Positions 27,858 to 37,619 are shown, counted from the stretch's first letter. The stretch: DNA of 64,000 nt from Anaerolineae bacterium (GCA_013178165.1 JABLXG010000003.1:39711-103710), one strand, 5' to 3'. Numbers and translations: made by a program. Notes: generated from the letters alone by a model not told the origin.

Positions 27858-29012
27858 ATGGCCGAAGTGATTGAGATTGGCGTGTCGGTGGAAGAGCTGG
27901 CTGCCCGCAAAGAGCGGGTCACCAAAACCAAGCGTTTTGAGGAGCCGGATCGTGTGCCGGTCATCCCAGCCATCGCCCACCGCTTCATGATTCCCAAAGT
28001 GGGCGTCCGCTTCCGTGACTATTACCGCGACCCCGAAACCATGCTGCGCACCCAGATTCTGGGCCAGAAGTGGTTGATGGAAAATGTGCGCACCGACGCC
28101 TACAGCATCACCGGGGCGTGGGTCGGTGCCTGGACGGATTTCCAGAACACCTTCGAGGCCGGTAGCCTGGGCTGCGAGATCATCTTCCCCGACGACGACA
28201 TCCCCTGGGTCGGGCCGGGCTGGGTCAAGACGGAAGAAGACCTGGCCCGCCTGGAAGCGATGGACTTCATTCACAGCGGCATCAACGCCCGCCAGATCGC
28301 CTACCGCCGGGCGATGATGGCCGTCGCCGAGCGTTACCCCGTCCGCTTCCTCGGCGGGGAGGTGTTCTACCCCGGCGCCAACCCTGCCCTGACCCACACA
28401 TCTGATGGGCCGTTTGGCATAGCCGGCGATCTGATGGGCCAGACCGAGTTGTTCACCGCCTGTTATGAGCGCCCTGATTTTGTACGCGAACTGCTGCGCA
28501 TCATCACCGACAAATTGATCGAATACCTGGACTTCTGCTGGGAAGAAGAACAGCTCCCGACCCGCGACTTTGCCTGGACGGATGACCTGGCGGTTAACCT
28601 CTCCGCGGAGATGTACCGCGACCTGGTCCTGCCGGAGGAAAAGCGGCTGCGCTTCCACTTTGACGGCTGGCTTTCCCTGCACATGTGTGGCAAGACCGAC
28701 CACCTGCTGGAGATCTTCCGCGACGATCTGGCGATCCATGAGTTGCAGGGCTTCGGCTACCAGGTCAACCTGGATCGCATTGCCGAAGTGATGGGCGGGC
28801 GTGTCGTCCTGATCGGCAACATCGACCCGATGCTGATCCACAGCGGCACGCCGGAACAGGTTCGGAAAGCAACCCGTATCGCCATTGAGAAGCTGGCCCC
28901 CTACCGGGGCTATATCGTCCAGGATGGCAACAACATCCCGCCCGGTTCGCCGCTGGAAAACATCAACGCCATGACCGAAGCCGCCGAACTTTACGGGCGC
29001 TATCACGATTAA
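27858..29012 (+). CDS. URO-D-fold protein, paralogue 3
   Basis: EELAARKERVTKTKRFEEPDRVPVIP N-terminus and the LHMCG...IGNIDP pattern are typical of the URO-D superfamily. GGAG SD. Confidence 0.75.
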   Translation: MAEVIEIGVSVEELAARKERVTKTKRFEEPDRVPVIPAIAHRFMIPKVGVRFRDYYRDPETMLRTQILGQKWLMENVRTDAYSITGAWVGAWTDFQNTFEAGSLGCEIIFPDDDIPWVGPGWVKTEEDLARLEAMDFIHSGINARQIAYRRAMMAVAERYPVRFLGGEVFYPGANPALTHTSDGPFGIAGDLMGQTELFTACYERPDFVRELLRIITDKLIEYLDFCWEEEQLPTRDFAWTDDLAVNLSAEMYRDLVLPEEKRLRFHFDGWLSLHMCGKTDHLLEIFRDDLAIHELQGFGYQVNLDRIAEVMGGRVVLIGNIDPMLIHSGTPEQVRKATRIAIEKLAPYRGYIVQDGNNIPPGSPLENINAMTEAAELYGRYHD

Positions 29013-29062
29013 GGCTTATTGCGCGTTTACCGGCCGGAGAGCCGCCGCCCCCAGGAGCAAGC

Positions 29063-31846
29063 ATGCCCATGAGCAGCACGCGTCGCACGGCAACCATTGT
29101 GCCTCACACGCACTGGGATCGCGCCTGGTACGTCACCTTCCAGGAATTCCGCGCCCGCCTTGTCCGCCTGATCGACCGGCTGATTGACCTGCTGGAGCAG
29201 AACCCGGACTACCGCTTCTTTATGCTGGATGGCCAGACTTCCATCCTGGAAGACTACCTGGAAGTGCGCCCGCAGCGCGCCGATATCCTGCAGCGCCTGG
29301 CGCGGGAGGGACGGATCAGTGTGGGGCCGTGGTACGTGCTCCCGGACGAATACCTGGTCAGTCCGGAGGCACTCATCCGCAACCTGATGATCGGTCACCG
29401 TATGGGCGCGACTTATGGCGGGGTGATGAAGGTCGGTTATGTCCCGGATGGTTTCGGGCACATCGCCCAGCTGCCCCAGGTCTTCCGCGGCTTTGGCATC
29501 GATTCGGCGATCTTCTGGCGTGGCGTCGGCGCGGAAGCCGACCACATCGGCGCCGAATTTGAGTGGGTTGCCCGGGATGGCTCCCGTGTGCTGGGCATCT
29601 GGATGCCCTGGGGCTACCACAACCTGTCCAATGTCGGTTATCCCATCCGCTGGGGCGATACCTCGCAGATGGCCTTCGACTGGGAGATGGCTCTCCAGCA
29701 GGTCGGGCAGGCGCTGGAGAAGCTGGAAGGGCTGTGCCACACCCCCGCCCGCCTGCTGATGAACGGCATCGATCACGCCGAAGCCGAGCCGCGCATCCCG
29801 GAACTGGTCGCCCGCGCCCGCGCCGCCTTCCCAGATGTTGACTTCCGCATGGGCACGCTGAGCGACTATCTGCGCGATGTTCGCGATTCCGGCGTCCCGC
29901 TGCCCGAATTCAGCGGCGAATTCCGCTGGGGGCGCTACGCCGAAATCCTGCAGGGCGTCTATTCCACCCGCATCACCCTCAAGCAACGCAACCACCGCGT
30001 GGAAACGCTGCTGGAGCGTTACGCCGAGCCGCTCACCGCCTTCGCCCGCCTGGCTGGGGCCAACCCACCCGCTGGCACTCAGGATCTACTGTGGACGGCC
30101 TGGCGCTGGCTGCTCAAGAATCACCCCCACGATGACATCTACGGCAGCGGGATCGACCAGGTACACGACGAAATGCTCTACCGCTTTGACCAGGCCGAGC
30201 AGATCGGGAATATCCTGGTGCGGGACAGTCTGCGCCTGCTGGCCCGCCACGCCGATTTCTCTGCCCAGACGGGCACGCCGGTGCTGGTCTACAATCCGCT
30301 CAACTGGACACGGACGGAAGTCGCCGAGGGAACGATCGACTTCGACTTTGACGACCCGACAGCGGAGCGCTTCACCCTGTACGATGCTCAGGGCCAGCCG
30401 ATCCCCTGCCAGGTCCTCAGCCGCGAGGATGCCGTCTGGCTGGAAACGCTCAAGCCCAACCGCAAGCGGCGGGTGCATGTCGCCTTCCGGGTGGAAGCGC
30501 CGCCCTGCGGCTATACCACCGTCTACGCCCGTCCCGGCGGCCAGACGACTCCCCTGCCCGGCACCCTCTGGCGCGTCGATCCTGATGGCGCGGAGAATGC
30601 TTACCTGGCTTTCCGCATCGCTGCCGATGGCAGCCTGACCATCCGCGACCGGGCTACCGGGATGGTTTACGCCGGTCTGCACCGCTTCTATGATGTGGAC
30701 GATGCCGGGGATGAGTACAGCTATTGCCCGTGCCCCAACAGCGAGGTCTACAGCTCCGCCGGGCAACCCGCCCGGATCGAGCTGGTGCTGGACAGCCCTC
30801 TGCTGGCCCGCTTCCGCGTCACCCAGACGCTGCGCCTCCCCGCCGCGCTGAGCGCCGATCGGCAACGCCGCTCGGAGACGCTGGTTGACCTGCCGATTGT
30901 CTCCCTGTTGACCTTCTACCGCGACCAGCCAGGCCTGTACATTGAGACGCGCGTCACCAACACCGCCCGCGACCACAAACTGACGGTCACCTTCCCCACA
31001 CCGCTGCGCCCAGAACACGCTTATGTCGATGCCGCCTTCCAGGTCAGCGCCCGCGAGATCGCCCTACCGCCTTCCGAAGGCTGGCTGGAAGACCCCACCC
31101 CGCTTATGCATCAGCGGGCTTTCACCGACCTGAGCGACAGCGGGCGCGGGCTGGCTGTGCTCAACCGCGGCTTGCCTTCGGTGGAAGTCGAGCGTACCGC
31201 CGAAGGGACGCAGATCGCGCTGACCCTGCTGCGGGCTGTTGGCTGGCTTTCCCGCGACGATCTCAGCACCCGGCGCGTCGCTGCCGGGCCGCTACTGCCA
31301 ACGCCCGGCGCACAGTGCCCCGGCAACCATATCTTTGAGTACGCCATCCTACCCCACAGCGGCGACTGGACGGCTGTAGCCCGTCTTGCCGCCGCTTACA
31401 CAGCTCCCCTGCACATCGCCCGCGCCGACACGCATGAGGGCATGGAACTCAAGGAGATGCCCTTCATTGGCGTGGACCTGGACTGGTATAACCAGGTGGT
31501 CAAGCCGATCCCCTGGCCGCGCGACGGCCAGAACCCGGATACGCTCAGTTTCCTGGCCCTGGAACCCGCGCCGCTGATTGTGAGCGCGATCCGGGCCAGC
31601 GCCGACGGCGAGGGGCTGGTCGTGCGCTTCTACCACCCCGGCGACTCCCCGCTAACCGCCCGGCTGATCAGCCAGCGCCCGCTGGCAACCGTTTACCGCC
31701 TGAACCTCAACGAGGAGCGCCAGGCCAAAGTCATTCCGGCGGAGGGGCCGGATGCCTGGCAGCTAACCGATAACAGCCATACTGTGCTGATCCCGGTGGT
31801 GGGCGGCCAGATCGTCACGTGCGAACTGCGCCCTGCCCGGGGTTAG
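29063..31846 (+). CDS. GH38 alpha-mannosidase (mannosylglycerate-hydrolase-like)
   Basis: IVPHTHWDRAWY, FMLDGQT and VGPWYVLPDE are GH38 N-domain signatures. 927 aa. Confidence 0.9.
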   Translation: MPMSSTRRTATIVPHTHWDRAWYVTFQEFRARLVRLIDRLIDLLEQNPDYRFFMLDGQTSILEDYLEVRPQRADILQRLAREGRISVGPWYVLPDEYLVSPEALIRNLMIGHRMGATYGGVMKVGYVPDGFGHIAQLPQVFRGFGIDSAIFWRGVGAEADHIGAEFEWVARDGSRVLGIWMPWGYHNLSNVGYPIRWGDTSQMAFDWEMALQQVGQALEKLEGLCHTPARLLMNGIDHAEAEPRIPELVARARAAFPDVDFRMGTLSDYLRDVRDSGVPLPEFSGEFRWGRYAEILQGVYSTRITLKQRNHRVETLLERYAEPLTAFARLAGANPPAGTQDLLWTAWRWLLKNHPHDDIYGSGIDQVHDEMLYRFDQAEQIGNILVRDSLRLLARHADFSAQTGTPVLVYNPLNWTRTEVAEGTIDFDFDDPTAERFTLYDAQGQPIPCQVLSREDAVWLETLKPNRKRRVHVAFRVEAPPCGYTTVYARPGGQTTPLPGTLWRVDPDGAENAYLAFRIAADGSLTIRDRATGMVYAGLHRFYDVDDAGDEYSYCPCPNSEVYSSAGQPARIELVLDSPLLARFRVTQTLRLPAALSADRQRRSETLVDLPIVSLLTFYRDQPGLYIETRVTNTARDHKLTVTFPTPLRPEHAYVDAAFQVSAREIALPPSEGWLEDPTPLMHQRAFTDLSDSGRGLAVLNRGLPSVEVERTAEGTQIALTLLRAVGWLSRDDLSTRRVAAGPLLPTPGAQCPGNHIFEYAILPHSGDWTAVARLAAAYTAPLHIARADTHEGMELKEMPFIGVDLDWYNQVVKPIPWPRDGQNPDTLSFLALEPAPLIVSAIRASADGEGLVVRFYHPGDSPLTARLISQRPLATVYRLNLNEERQAKVIPAEGPDAWQLTDNSHTVLIPVVGGQIVTCELRPARG

Positions 31847-31871
31847 CCTGTGAGTAAGGAGGTGCACGCCT

Positions 31872-31881
31872 GTCAATTGAC
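31872..31881. promoter_or_regulatory. perfect 10-bp palindrome GTCAATTGAC upstream of the binding-protein gene
   Basis: Read directly. It ends 56 nt upstream of ATG 31937, within the GH38-SBP intergenic gap. Confidence 0.3.
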
Positions 31882-31936
31882 CTGAGCTTCGCCCGGAATG
31901 AACGCTTTTTGCCCGTATAAAAGGAGGAGCTTCAAG

Positions 31937-33199
31937 ATGTCTGTCAAAGTTTCTCGTCGTGAATTTCTTAAGACCAGCGGTCTGGCCGCTGCCGCCGTCG
32001 CCACCTCCAAGTTCCCCATGCCGGGGATCATCCATCGTCGCCAGATGAACACCGTCGTGCTGAAGATTCAGTCCTTTGCCCATGACGCGATCAAGGCCGT
32101 GCTGCCCGACTTTGAGGCGGCCACCGGCCTGACCGTGCAGCTGGAGCCAGGGCTTTCCTCCGGCCCGGAGCACATGCAGGAAGTCAGCACCGCCTACGCC
32201 GCCGGCGATAGCCCCTGGGACGTCGTCAGCGACCCGGATGAGGGCACCGTTGCCTTCGCCCGCGCGGGCTGGTTGATGCCGCTCGATGACATCATCCCGC
32301 AGGAAACTCTGGACGACTTCCCCCAGGGCATGCGGGACGCCTTCCCCATCTGGCATGGCTTTGAAGGTGCGCTGTACCGCGTGCCACACGAGTTTGCCGT
32401 GGGGTATTTCTTCTATCGCAAGGACCTGCTCGGCGAGCCGCCCAAGACCTGGGAAGAAGTGGCCGAGATCGGTATGCAGGTCACCGATGCCGCCAATGGC
32501 GTCTGGGCCACCACCGACGCGATCATCCGCGGCGGCCTGACCTGGGTCTATGTGGCCTACCTGGCCAGCCAGACGGGCGGGAACGTCTTTGAGATGGATG
32601 CTGGCACGGCGCACGCGGCGCACTTCCTGTATGACATGCTCAATGTCTACAAGATCATGCCGCCCGACGCGCTCAACATGAACTACGACCAGCAGAACCA
32701 GCTCTACATGAGCGACAAGGTCATGTTCATGCGCCAGTGGCCGTTCTTCCAGAGCGTGGCCGAGGGCAACACCGAATGGTTCAGCCCGGACAAGGTCGCC
32801 ATCGCCCTGCCGCCCGCTGGCCCCGCCGGGACGGGCAGCTGGTGGGGTGGCTGGGGCTTCAGCGTCCCGGCCCTGGCCCCTAACCCCGATGGCGCCAAGG
32901 AGCTGATCAAGTACATCACCTCCAATGAGGTCGCCCCCAAGCTGGCCCAGGGCCAGAGCTGGTTCATCATGCCGCGTACTTCCATCCTCAACGCGATGGC
33001 CGGCACCGGCAATCCGATCGTGGACGCCATGGGCCTCTACGCCGAGAACAATGTGATCAAGCCACGGCCGTTCCACCCACGCGCTGCTGAGGCGCAGTAC
33101 GCCGTTGACGACGCGATGCTGCAGTACCTGACCAAGCAGGCCACCCTGCAGGAAGCGCTCGCCTTCGGCAAGCAGCTGCTGGCCGACCTGAGCGCCTAG
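31937..33199 (+). CDS. CUT1-family sugar ABC transporter substrate-binding protein with Tat-type signal
   Basis: MSVKVSRREFLKTSGLAAAAVA twin-arginine signal. Family-1 solute-binding pattern. AAGGAGGAG SD before ATG 31937. Confidence 0.88.
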   Translation: MSVKVSRREFLKTSGLAAAAVATSKFPMPGIIHRRQMNTVVLKIQSFAHDAIKAVLPDFEAATGLTVQLEPGLSSGPEHMQEVSTAYAAGDSPWDVVSDPDEGTVAFARAGWLMPLDDIIPQETLDDFPQGMRDAFPIWHGFEGALYRVPHEFAVGYFFYRKDLLGEPPKTWEEVAEIGMQVTDAANGVWATTDAIIRGGLTWVYVAYLASQTGGNVFEMDAGTAHAAHFLYDMLNVYKIMPPDALNMNYDQQNQLYMSDKVMFMRQWPFFQSVAEGNTEWFSPDKVAIALPPAGPAGTGSWWGGWGFSVPALAPNPDGAKELIKYITSNEVAPKLAQGQSWFIMPRTSILNAMAGTGNPIVDAMGLYAENNVIKPRPFHPRAAEAQYAVDDAMLQYLTKQATLQEALAFGKQLLADLSA

Positions 33200-33226
33200 G
33201 GTAGGTTCCATCGTCTGTTGACCGTT

Positions 33227-33259
33227 CCCCCCTCCCGGTTCAGTCCGCCGGGAGGGGGG
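33227..33259 (+). terminator. intercistronic 12-bp GC stem-loop after the SBP gene (attenuator or mRNA stabiliser)
   Basis: CCCCCCTCCCGG (33227..33238) pairs with CCGGGAGGGGGG (33248..33259) around a 9-nt loop. No T-run follows. Confidence 0.5.
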
Positions 33260-33298
33260 AGGCTTGCACTATCTTGTCCAGGCTGGAAGGAGGTTGGC

Positions 33299-34225
33299 GT
33301 GGTCGCCAACGCAGAAAACTCGCGGGCTGTTACGCGCGTCAAGACATCGCGGCTGAGCCTTAACCAGCGGCGCTACGTGGCAGCCGCACTGTTGCTGGCG
33401 CCGGTGATCCTCCTGCGCCTGTTTACCACCCTCTACCCGTTCGTCCAGACCATCTTCCTGAGCTTTGAGAAGTACAATCCGGCCTTTCCACCGCGCCAGT
33501 ATGTCGGACTGGGCAACTTCGAGAAGATCGCTTCGGATATCGTGGTGCGGAGCAGCGTCGAATTCACGCTGATCTTTGTCTTTGGCTCAACCCTGTTCCA
33601 GCTGATCTTCGGGATCATGGTTGCCTCGCTGCTCAACAGCCGCTTCCGGCTGCGCAATCTGGCCCGCACGATCAACCTGATCCCCTGGGCCATCCCGATG
33701 GTGGTGGCGGCAGTGGGCTGGCGCTGGCTGTTCGACGGCACTTACGGCTGGATCACCGACCTGCTGCACCGGCTGGGAATCGACTACAGCTGGCTGATCG
33801 ATCCGGTTGGCGCGCGCATCGCCATCCTGATTGTCAGCGTATGGAAGAGCACACCCTTCGTGGCCATCTCCATCCTGGCCGGGCTACAGGGCGTGTCGGA
33901 GGAACTCTATGAGGCCGCCCGTGTGGACGGGGCCAACGCCTGGCAATCGTTCTGGAGCATCACTCTGCCCCTGATCATGCCGCTGACGGTCACCATCGGC
34001 ATGTTCATGCTGGTCTGGCAGCTGGCCGTTTTTGACCTGCCCTACGCCATGACCTCCGGCGGGCCGGGCTTTGCCACCAGCGTGCTGGCCTACCAGATCC
34101 AGCAGCAGGTCGCCACACTGAATTACGGCTATGCTTCAGCACTCAGCGTGGTCATGTTCCTCATCGTAGGACTTATCGGCATCATCGGCGTGGTCGCGTT
34201 CCGGCGCGTCCAGGTCGCGCTGTAA
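33299..34225 (+). CDS. sugar ABC transporter permease (MalF/UgpA-like)
   Basis: Multiple TM helices and an EAA loop ([22 protein letters not shown]). I chose GTG 33299 after GGAAGGAGG. The upstream part of the ORF (33218..) contains the hairpin. Confidence 0.85.
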   Translation: MVANAENSRAVTRVKTSRLSLNQRRYVAAALLLAPVILLRLFTTLYPFVQTIFLSFEKYNPAFPPRQYVGLGNFEKIASDIVVRSSVEFTLIFVFGSTLFQLIFGIMVASLLNSRFRLRNLARTINLIPWAIPMVVAAVGWRWLFDGTYGWITDLLHRLGIDYSWLIDPVGARIAILIVSVWKSTPFVAISILAGLQGVSEELYEAARVDGANAWQSFWSITLPLIMPLTVTIGMFMLVWQLAVFDLPYAMTSGGPGFATSVLAYQIQQQVATLNYGYASALSVVMFLIVGLIGIIGVVAFRRVQVAL

Positions 34226-34237
34226 AGGGGAAATAGC

Positions 34238-35086
34238 ATGGTTGGCCAGTTTTTGCGGCGTCACGGCGGGCGCATTGTCACCTACATCGGCTTCCTGATC
34301 TTCGCCTTCATCATGCTGTTCCCGTTCTACTTCATCGTGGTATCGTCCTTCACGCCACGCTACGAGATTTTCCAGACACCGCCGCGCTACTTCCCACAGA
34401 ACCTGACGCTGGAAAATTACCCGAACATGATCGCGACGATCCCATTCTGGCAGTACTACGCCAACTCCCTGATCTTTGCGATAGGCAGCTCGCTGCTCTC
34501 CACGGTGGTCAGCGCGATGGCGGGGTATGGATTGGCCCGGCTAAAGTTCCCCGGCAGTAATCTGGTCTTCCTGGGGCTGGTGCTGTCCATTGCCCTGCCA
34601 CAGGTCGCCCTGCTGGTACCCATCCGCGAAATGTACAACGTGCTGGGGCTGAACAATACCCATCTGGGGTTGATCATCCTGATGTCCAGCCTGGTCACGC
34701 CGTTCACGGTGTGGATCATGGTCTCCTTCGTCAACCAGATTCCGGTCGAGATCGAGGAAGCGGCCCTGATCGACGGGGCAACGCTGTGGCAGACGATCAT
34801 CCGCATTGTCCTGCCGACCATGCGCCCGGCACTGGCCACGATGCTGATCATCAATTTCATCAATGCCTGGAACGAGCTACTCTACCCGATGATCTTCGCC
34901 ACGCGCAACGACACCAAGACGCTCAGCGTTGGCCTGATCTCGCTGGGGCGCGAGGCCATCGGCACCTCCCGCCCCTGGGACCGGATGAGCGCGATGAGCG
35001 TGTTGATGATCATCCCGGTGGTGATCCTGATCATCTTCGGGCAGCGGGCCATCGTCTCCGGCCTGACGCGCGGCGCAGTCAAATAG
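34238..35086 (+). CDS. sugar ABC transporter permease (MalG/UgpE-like)
   Basis: EAA loop IEEAALIDGATLWQTIIRIVLP. 282 aa with 6 predicted TM segments. Confidence 0.88.
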   Translation: MVGQFLRRHGGRIVTYIGFLIFAFIMLFPFYFIVVSSFTPRYEIFQTPPRYFPQNLTLENYPNMIATIPFWQYYANSLIFAIGSSLLSTVVSAMAGYGLARLKFPGSNLVFLGLVLSIALPQVALLVPIREMYNVLGLNNTHLGLIILMSSLVTPFTVWIMVSFVNQIPVEIEEAALIDGATLWQTIIRIVLPTMRPALATMLIINFINAWNELLYPMIFATRNDTKTLSVGLISLGREAIGTSRPWDRMSAMSVLMIIPVVILIIFGQRAIVSGLTRGAVK

Positions 35087-35107
35087 CGCCTCTGCCCCCG
35101 ATCAGCG

Positions 35108-35142
35108 AGCGACCGGCCATAGATGGGATGTGGCCGGTCGCT
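35108..35142. terminator. 12-bp stem-loop between convergent permease and GH31 genes
   Basis: AGCGACCGGCCA (35108..35119) pairs with TGGCCGGTCGCT (35131..35142). T-poor flanks. Confidence 0.4.
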
Positions 35143-35183
35143 GCGTTCTGGCGGGAATCAGGTCAGGGCGCGGAGACCCATCA

Positions 35184-37592
35184 TCACAGGCGGTTCTGCA
35201 GCAGGCACAAGGTCACGCCGTCCGCGCCACGCGCCCAGCACGGTGCAGCACCCGGCGCGGCTGCCACACTCTCAGCCCGTGCCAGCGCCTGCCCGTTGAC
35301 CATTACCGTCTCAACCTGCGGCGCGCCAGCCAGCGGCAGGACGCGCAGCAGGACAGCGGCCTTGGGCGAGTCGAGAGTCACAAGCAGCCTGCTGCCGTCG
35401 AAGGTCGCTTCCAGGTGGGTGACCCCGTCCGTATCGCGCAGGTCAAAGGCGGCCGATTCGAACAGGTATGCATCAAAGGTGACCACCGGGAACGGCTCAT
35501 CACTCAGGGAGAGCGTTGGCTCCACGGTAGGGATCAGGGCGTTAGCCCGCACATACAGCGGCAGGGTTTCCAGCGGGGCTTCCACTGTACGCACCGTTGG
35601 CCCGGCAATCACCTCATGCATCCAGAAGTCCACCCAGCGCCCGGCGGGGAAGTACACAGGGCGCCGCCCCTCGCGGTTGTAGATCGGGGCAACCATCAGT
35701 TCGGCGCCAAAGCAATACTGCAGGTCAAGCGCATAGGTCAGCGGATCATCCAGGAATTCCAGCACCAGCGGACGCAACAGCGGCAGGCTGGTTTCCGCGG
35801 CCAGGGCCGCATAGCTGTAAATATAGGGCAGCAGGCGGTAGCGCAGGGCAACATAGCGGCGGAAGATCGCCTCAACCTGTTCGCCGTAGTCCCAGGGCAG
35901 GCGCGTGGTCATCCCGTGAGCGCGGGCCAGCGGGGAGAACAGCCCGAATTGCGCCCAGCGGATATACAGATCGGGCGTCGGCTGCTTGTGAAAGCCGCCG
36001 ATATCGTGGCTCCAGAAGGCATGCCCGCACAGGCCCAGGCTCAACCCACCACGCAGGGTAGAAGCCAGCGCCGGGTAGGTGCAATCCGGATCGCCACCCC
36101 ATTGGGCCGCGTGGCGCTGGCCACCGGCATACGTGCTGCGTCCCCAGACCAGCCCGACATGGCCGGTCTCTTCCGCTGTGACTTCAGCCACGGCGTCGTT
36201 ATAGAGCAGCGGGTAGAGGTTGTGCAGCGTCTCGCCGCTCATGCCATTGTAGGCCACCACATCAGCGGGGACGCCCTCGCCAAAATCGGTCTTGAAGACA
36301 TCCACACCCATCCGCAGGTGAGGGCGAAGTAGTTCTTTGAACCAGGTCACCGCCTCCGGGTTGGTCATGTCGATGATTCCCACCGGCGGATGACCGCCGC
36401 TCCACAGGTCGCCCACCCAGGCGCGGCCATCACGCGTCTTCAGCAGGTAGCCTTTAGCTTCAGCCTCGGCAAAACGCTCACTCTGAATACCTAAATAGGG
36501 ATTCATCCACAGACAAACCCGATAACCTTCCTGGCGCAACTGACGCAGCAATCCCTCCGGGTCGGGGAACATGGCCGTGTCCCAGACCATATCCGACCAG
36601 CAGCCAAAGCGCTGCCAGTAGCAATCCAGGTGCAGCACATCGCAGGGCACTTCCCGCGCCCGCAATTCGCGGGCGCGGCGCAACACGTCATCGGCGCTAT
36701 CCGCTTTGAAGCCCGACGACATCCACAGGCCAAAGGCCCACTTAGGCGGCAGAATCGGCAGGCTGACCAGCCCGGCGTAACGGGTGATGATCGTCTTGAG
36801 GTCGGAACCGGCGATGACGTAGTAATCCAGCGCTGAATCCGGCACGATCACGGAAAACACCGAATGGCTGCTGGCAGCCATGTCAAAGCGAATGGGCGTG
36901 ACGCTATCGACAAACAGGCCGTAACGCCGGGTGCTGAGGAAGAATGGCACGTTCTTGTAAGCCCGCTCGCTGTGGACACCGAAGGCGTCGTAATTCCACA
37001 TGGCCAGGCGCTGGCCGCGCTTGTCGAATTCGGTGAACTTCTCCCCAAAACCGTAAAAGTGCTCGTCTGGTTCGGCGGTGAACGTATCATGGAAGGCGAC
37101 GCGCCGCCCCTCCACCATGCTGAAACCAAAAGGCAGGCCGGTCAGGCGGTCGGTCACATCACGGTCGTTGTATTCCTGGGAAAGCAGCGCCCGGCCATCG
37201 GCGTTGTAAAACGCGATGTGGAAGGGATCGAGCGCGATTTCTACGCGCAGATCCTGCCCTGTCAGCGTCACATGGCCGGGCCGCCGGGTTACCGTCACCA
37301 GCGGCGGCGGCGTGGCAGGAAGGCGGGCCAGCGTCACCCGCTCCGGCGCGGAATCAGCCCCTTCCAGCAGGACACGGGCCACGCCCGGCGCAACGATAGT
37401 CACCGCGATACGGACGGTATCGCCGGTCTGTGCCCGACCGCTCAGAACAACGCCCGCCGCCTCCTCCGCACTGAACGCAGCGCGGACAACATAGGCCGGT
37501 TCCTGTGGATCATCCGGGCGGCGGATCGGCAGGGGCGGTAATTCCGCCGGGAATCTGACATACGGTACCAGCGGGTTGTCGAAAACCATCAT
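35184..37592 (-). CDS. GH31 alpha-xylosidase/alpha-glucosidase (YicI-like)
   Basis: HLDCYWQRFGCWSDMVWD...FPDPEG...WMNPYLG...GVDVFKTDFGE aligns block-for-block with E. coli YicI, from memory. Confidence 0.9.
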   Translation of the reverse strand: MMVFDNPLVPYVRFPAELPPLPIRRPDDPQEPAYVVRAAFSAEEAAGVVLSGRAQTGDTVRIAVTIVAPGVARVLLEGADSAPERVTLARLPATPPPLVTVTRRPGHVTLTGQDLRVEIALDPFHIAFYNADGRALLSQEYNDRDVTDRLTGLPFGFSMVEGRRVAFHDTFTAEPDEHFYGFGEKFTEFDKRGQRLAMWNYDAFGVHSERAYKNVPFFLSTRRYGLFVDSVTPIRFDMAASSHSVFSVIVPDSALDYYVIAGSDLKTIITRYAGLVSLPILPPKWAFGLWMSSGFKADSADDVLRRARELRAREVPCDVLHLDCYWQRFGCWSDMVWDTAMFPDPEGLLRQLRQEGYRVCLWMNPYLGIQSERFAEAEAKGYLLKTRDGRAWVGDLWSGGHPPVGIIDMTNPEAVTWFKELLRPHLRMGVDVFKTDFGEGVPADVVAYNGMSGETLHNLYPLLYNDAVAEVTAEETGHVGLVWGRSTYAGGQRHAAQWGGDPDCTYPALASTLRGGLSLGLCGHAFWSHDIGGFHKQPTPDLYIRWAQFGLFSPLARAHGMTTRLPWDYGEQVEAIFRRYVALRYRLLPYIYSYAALAAETSLPLLRPLVLEFLDDPLTYALDLQYCFGAELMVAPIYNREGRRPVYFPAGRWVDFWMHEVIAGPTVRTVEAPLETLPLYVRANALIPTVEPTLSLSDEPFPVVTFDAYLFESAAFDLRDTDGVTHLEATFDGSRLLVTLDSPKAAVLLRVLPLAGAPQVETVMVNGQALARAESVAAAPGAAPCWARGADGVTLCLLQNRL

Positions 37593-37619
37593 CCCTCCTC
37601 AGCAGAGAACAAACGCCAG

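Noticed and set aside
36521-36531. The 11-mer AGACAAACCCG is shared between the operator-rich leader at 24345 and the GH31 coding sequence.
   Set aside because: By my rough estimate, hundreds of exact 11-mer coincidences are expected by chance in 64 kb on two strands. This copy is inside a gene and has no palindromic partner.
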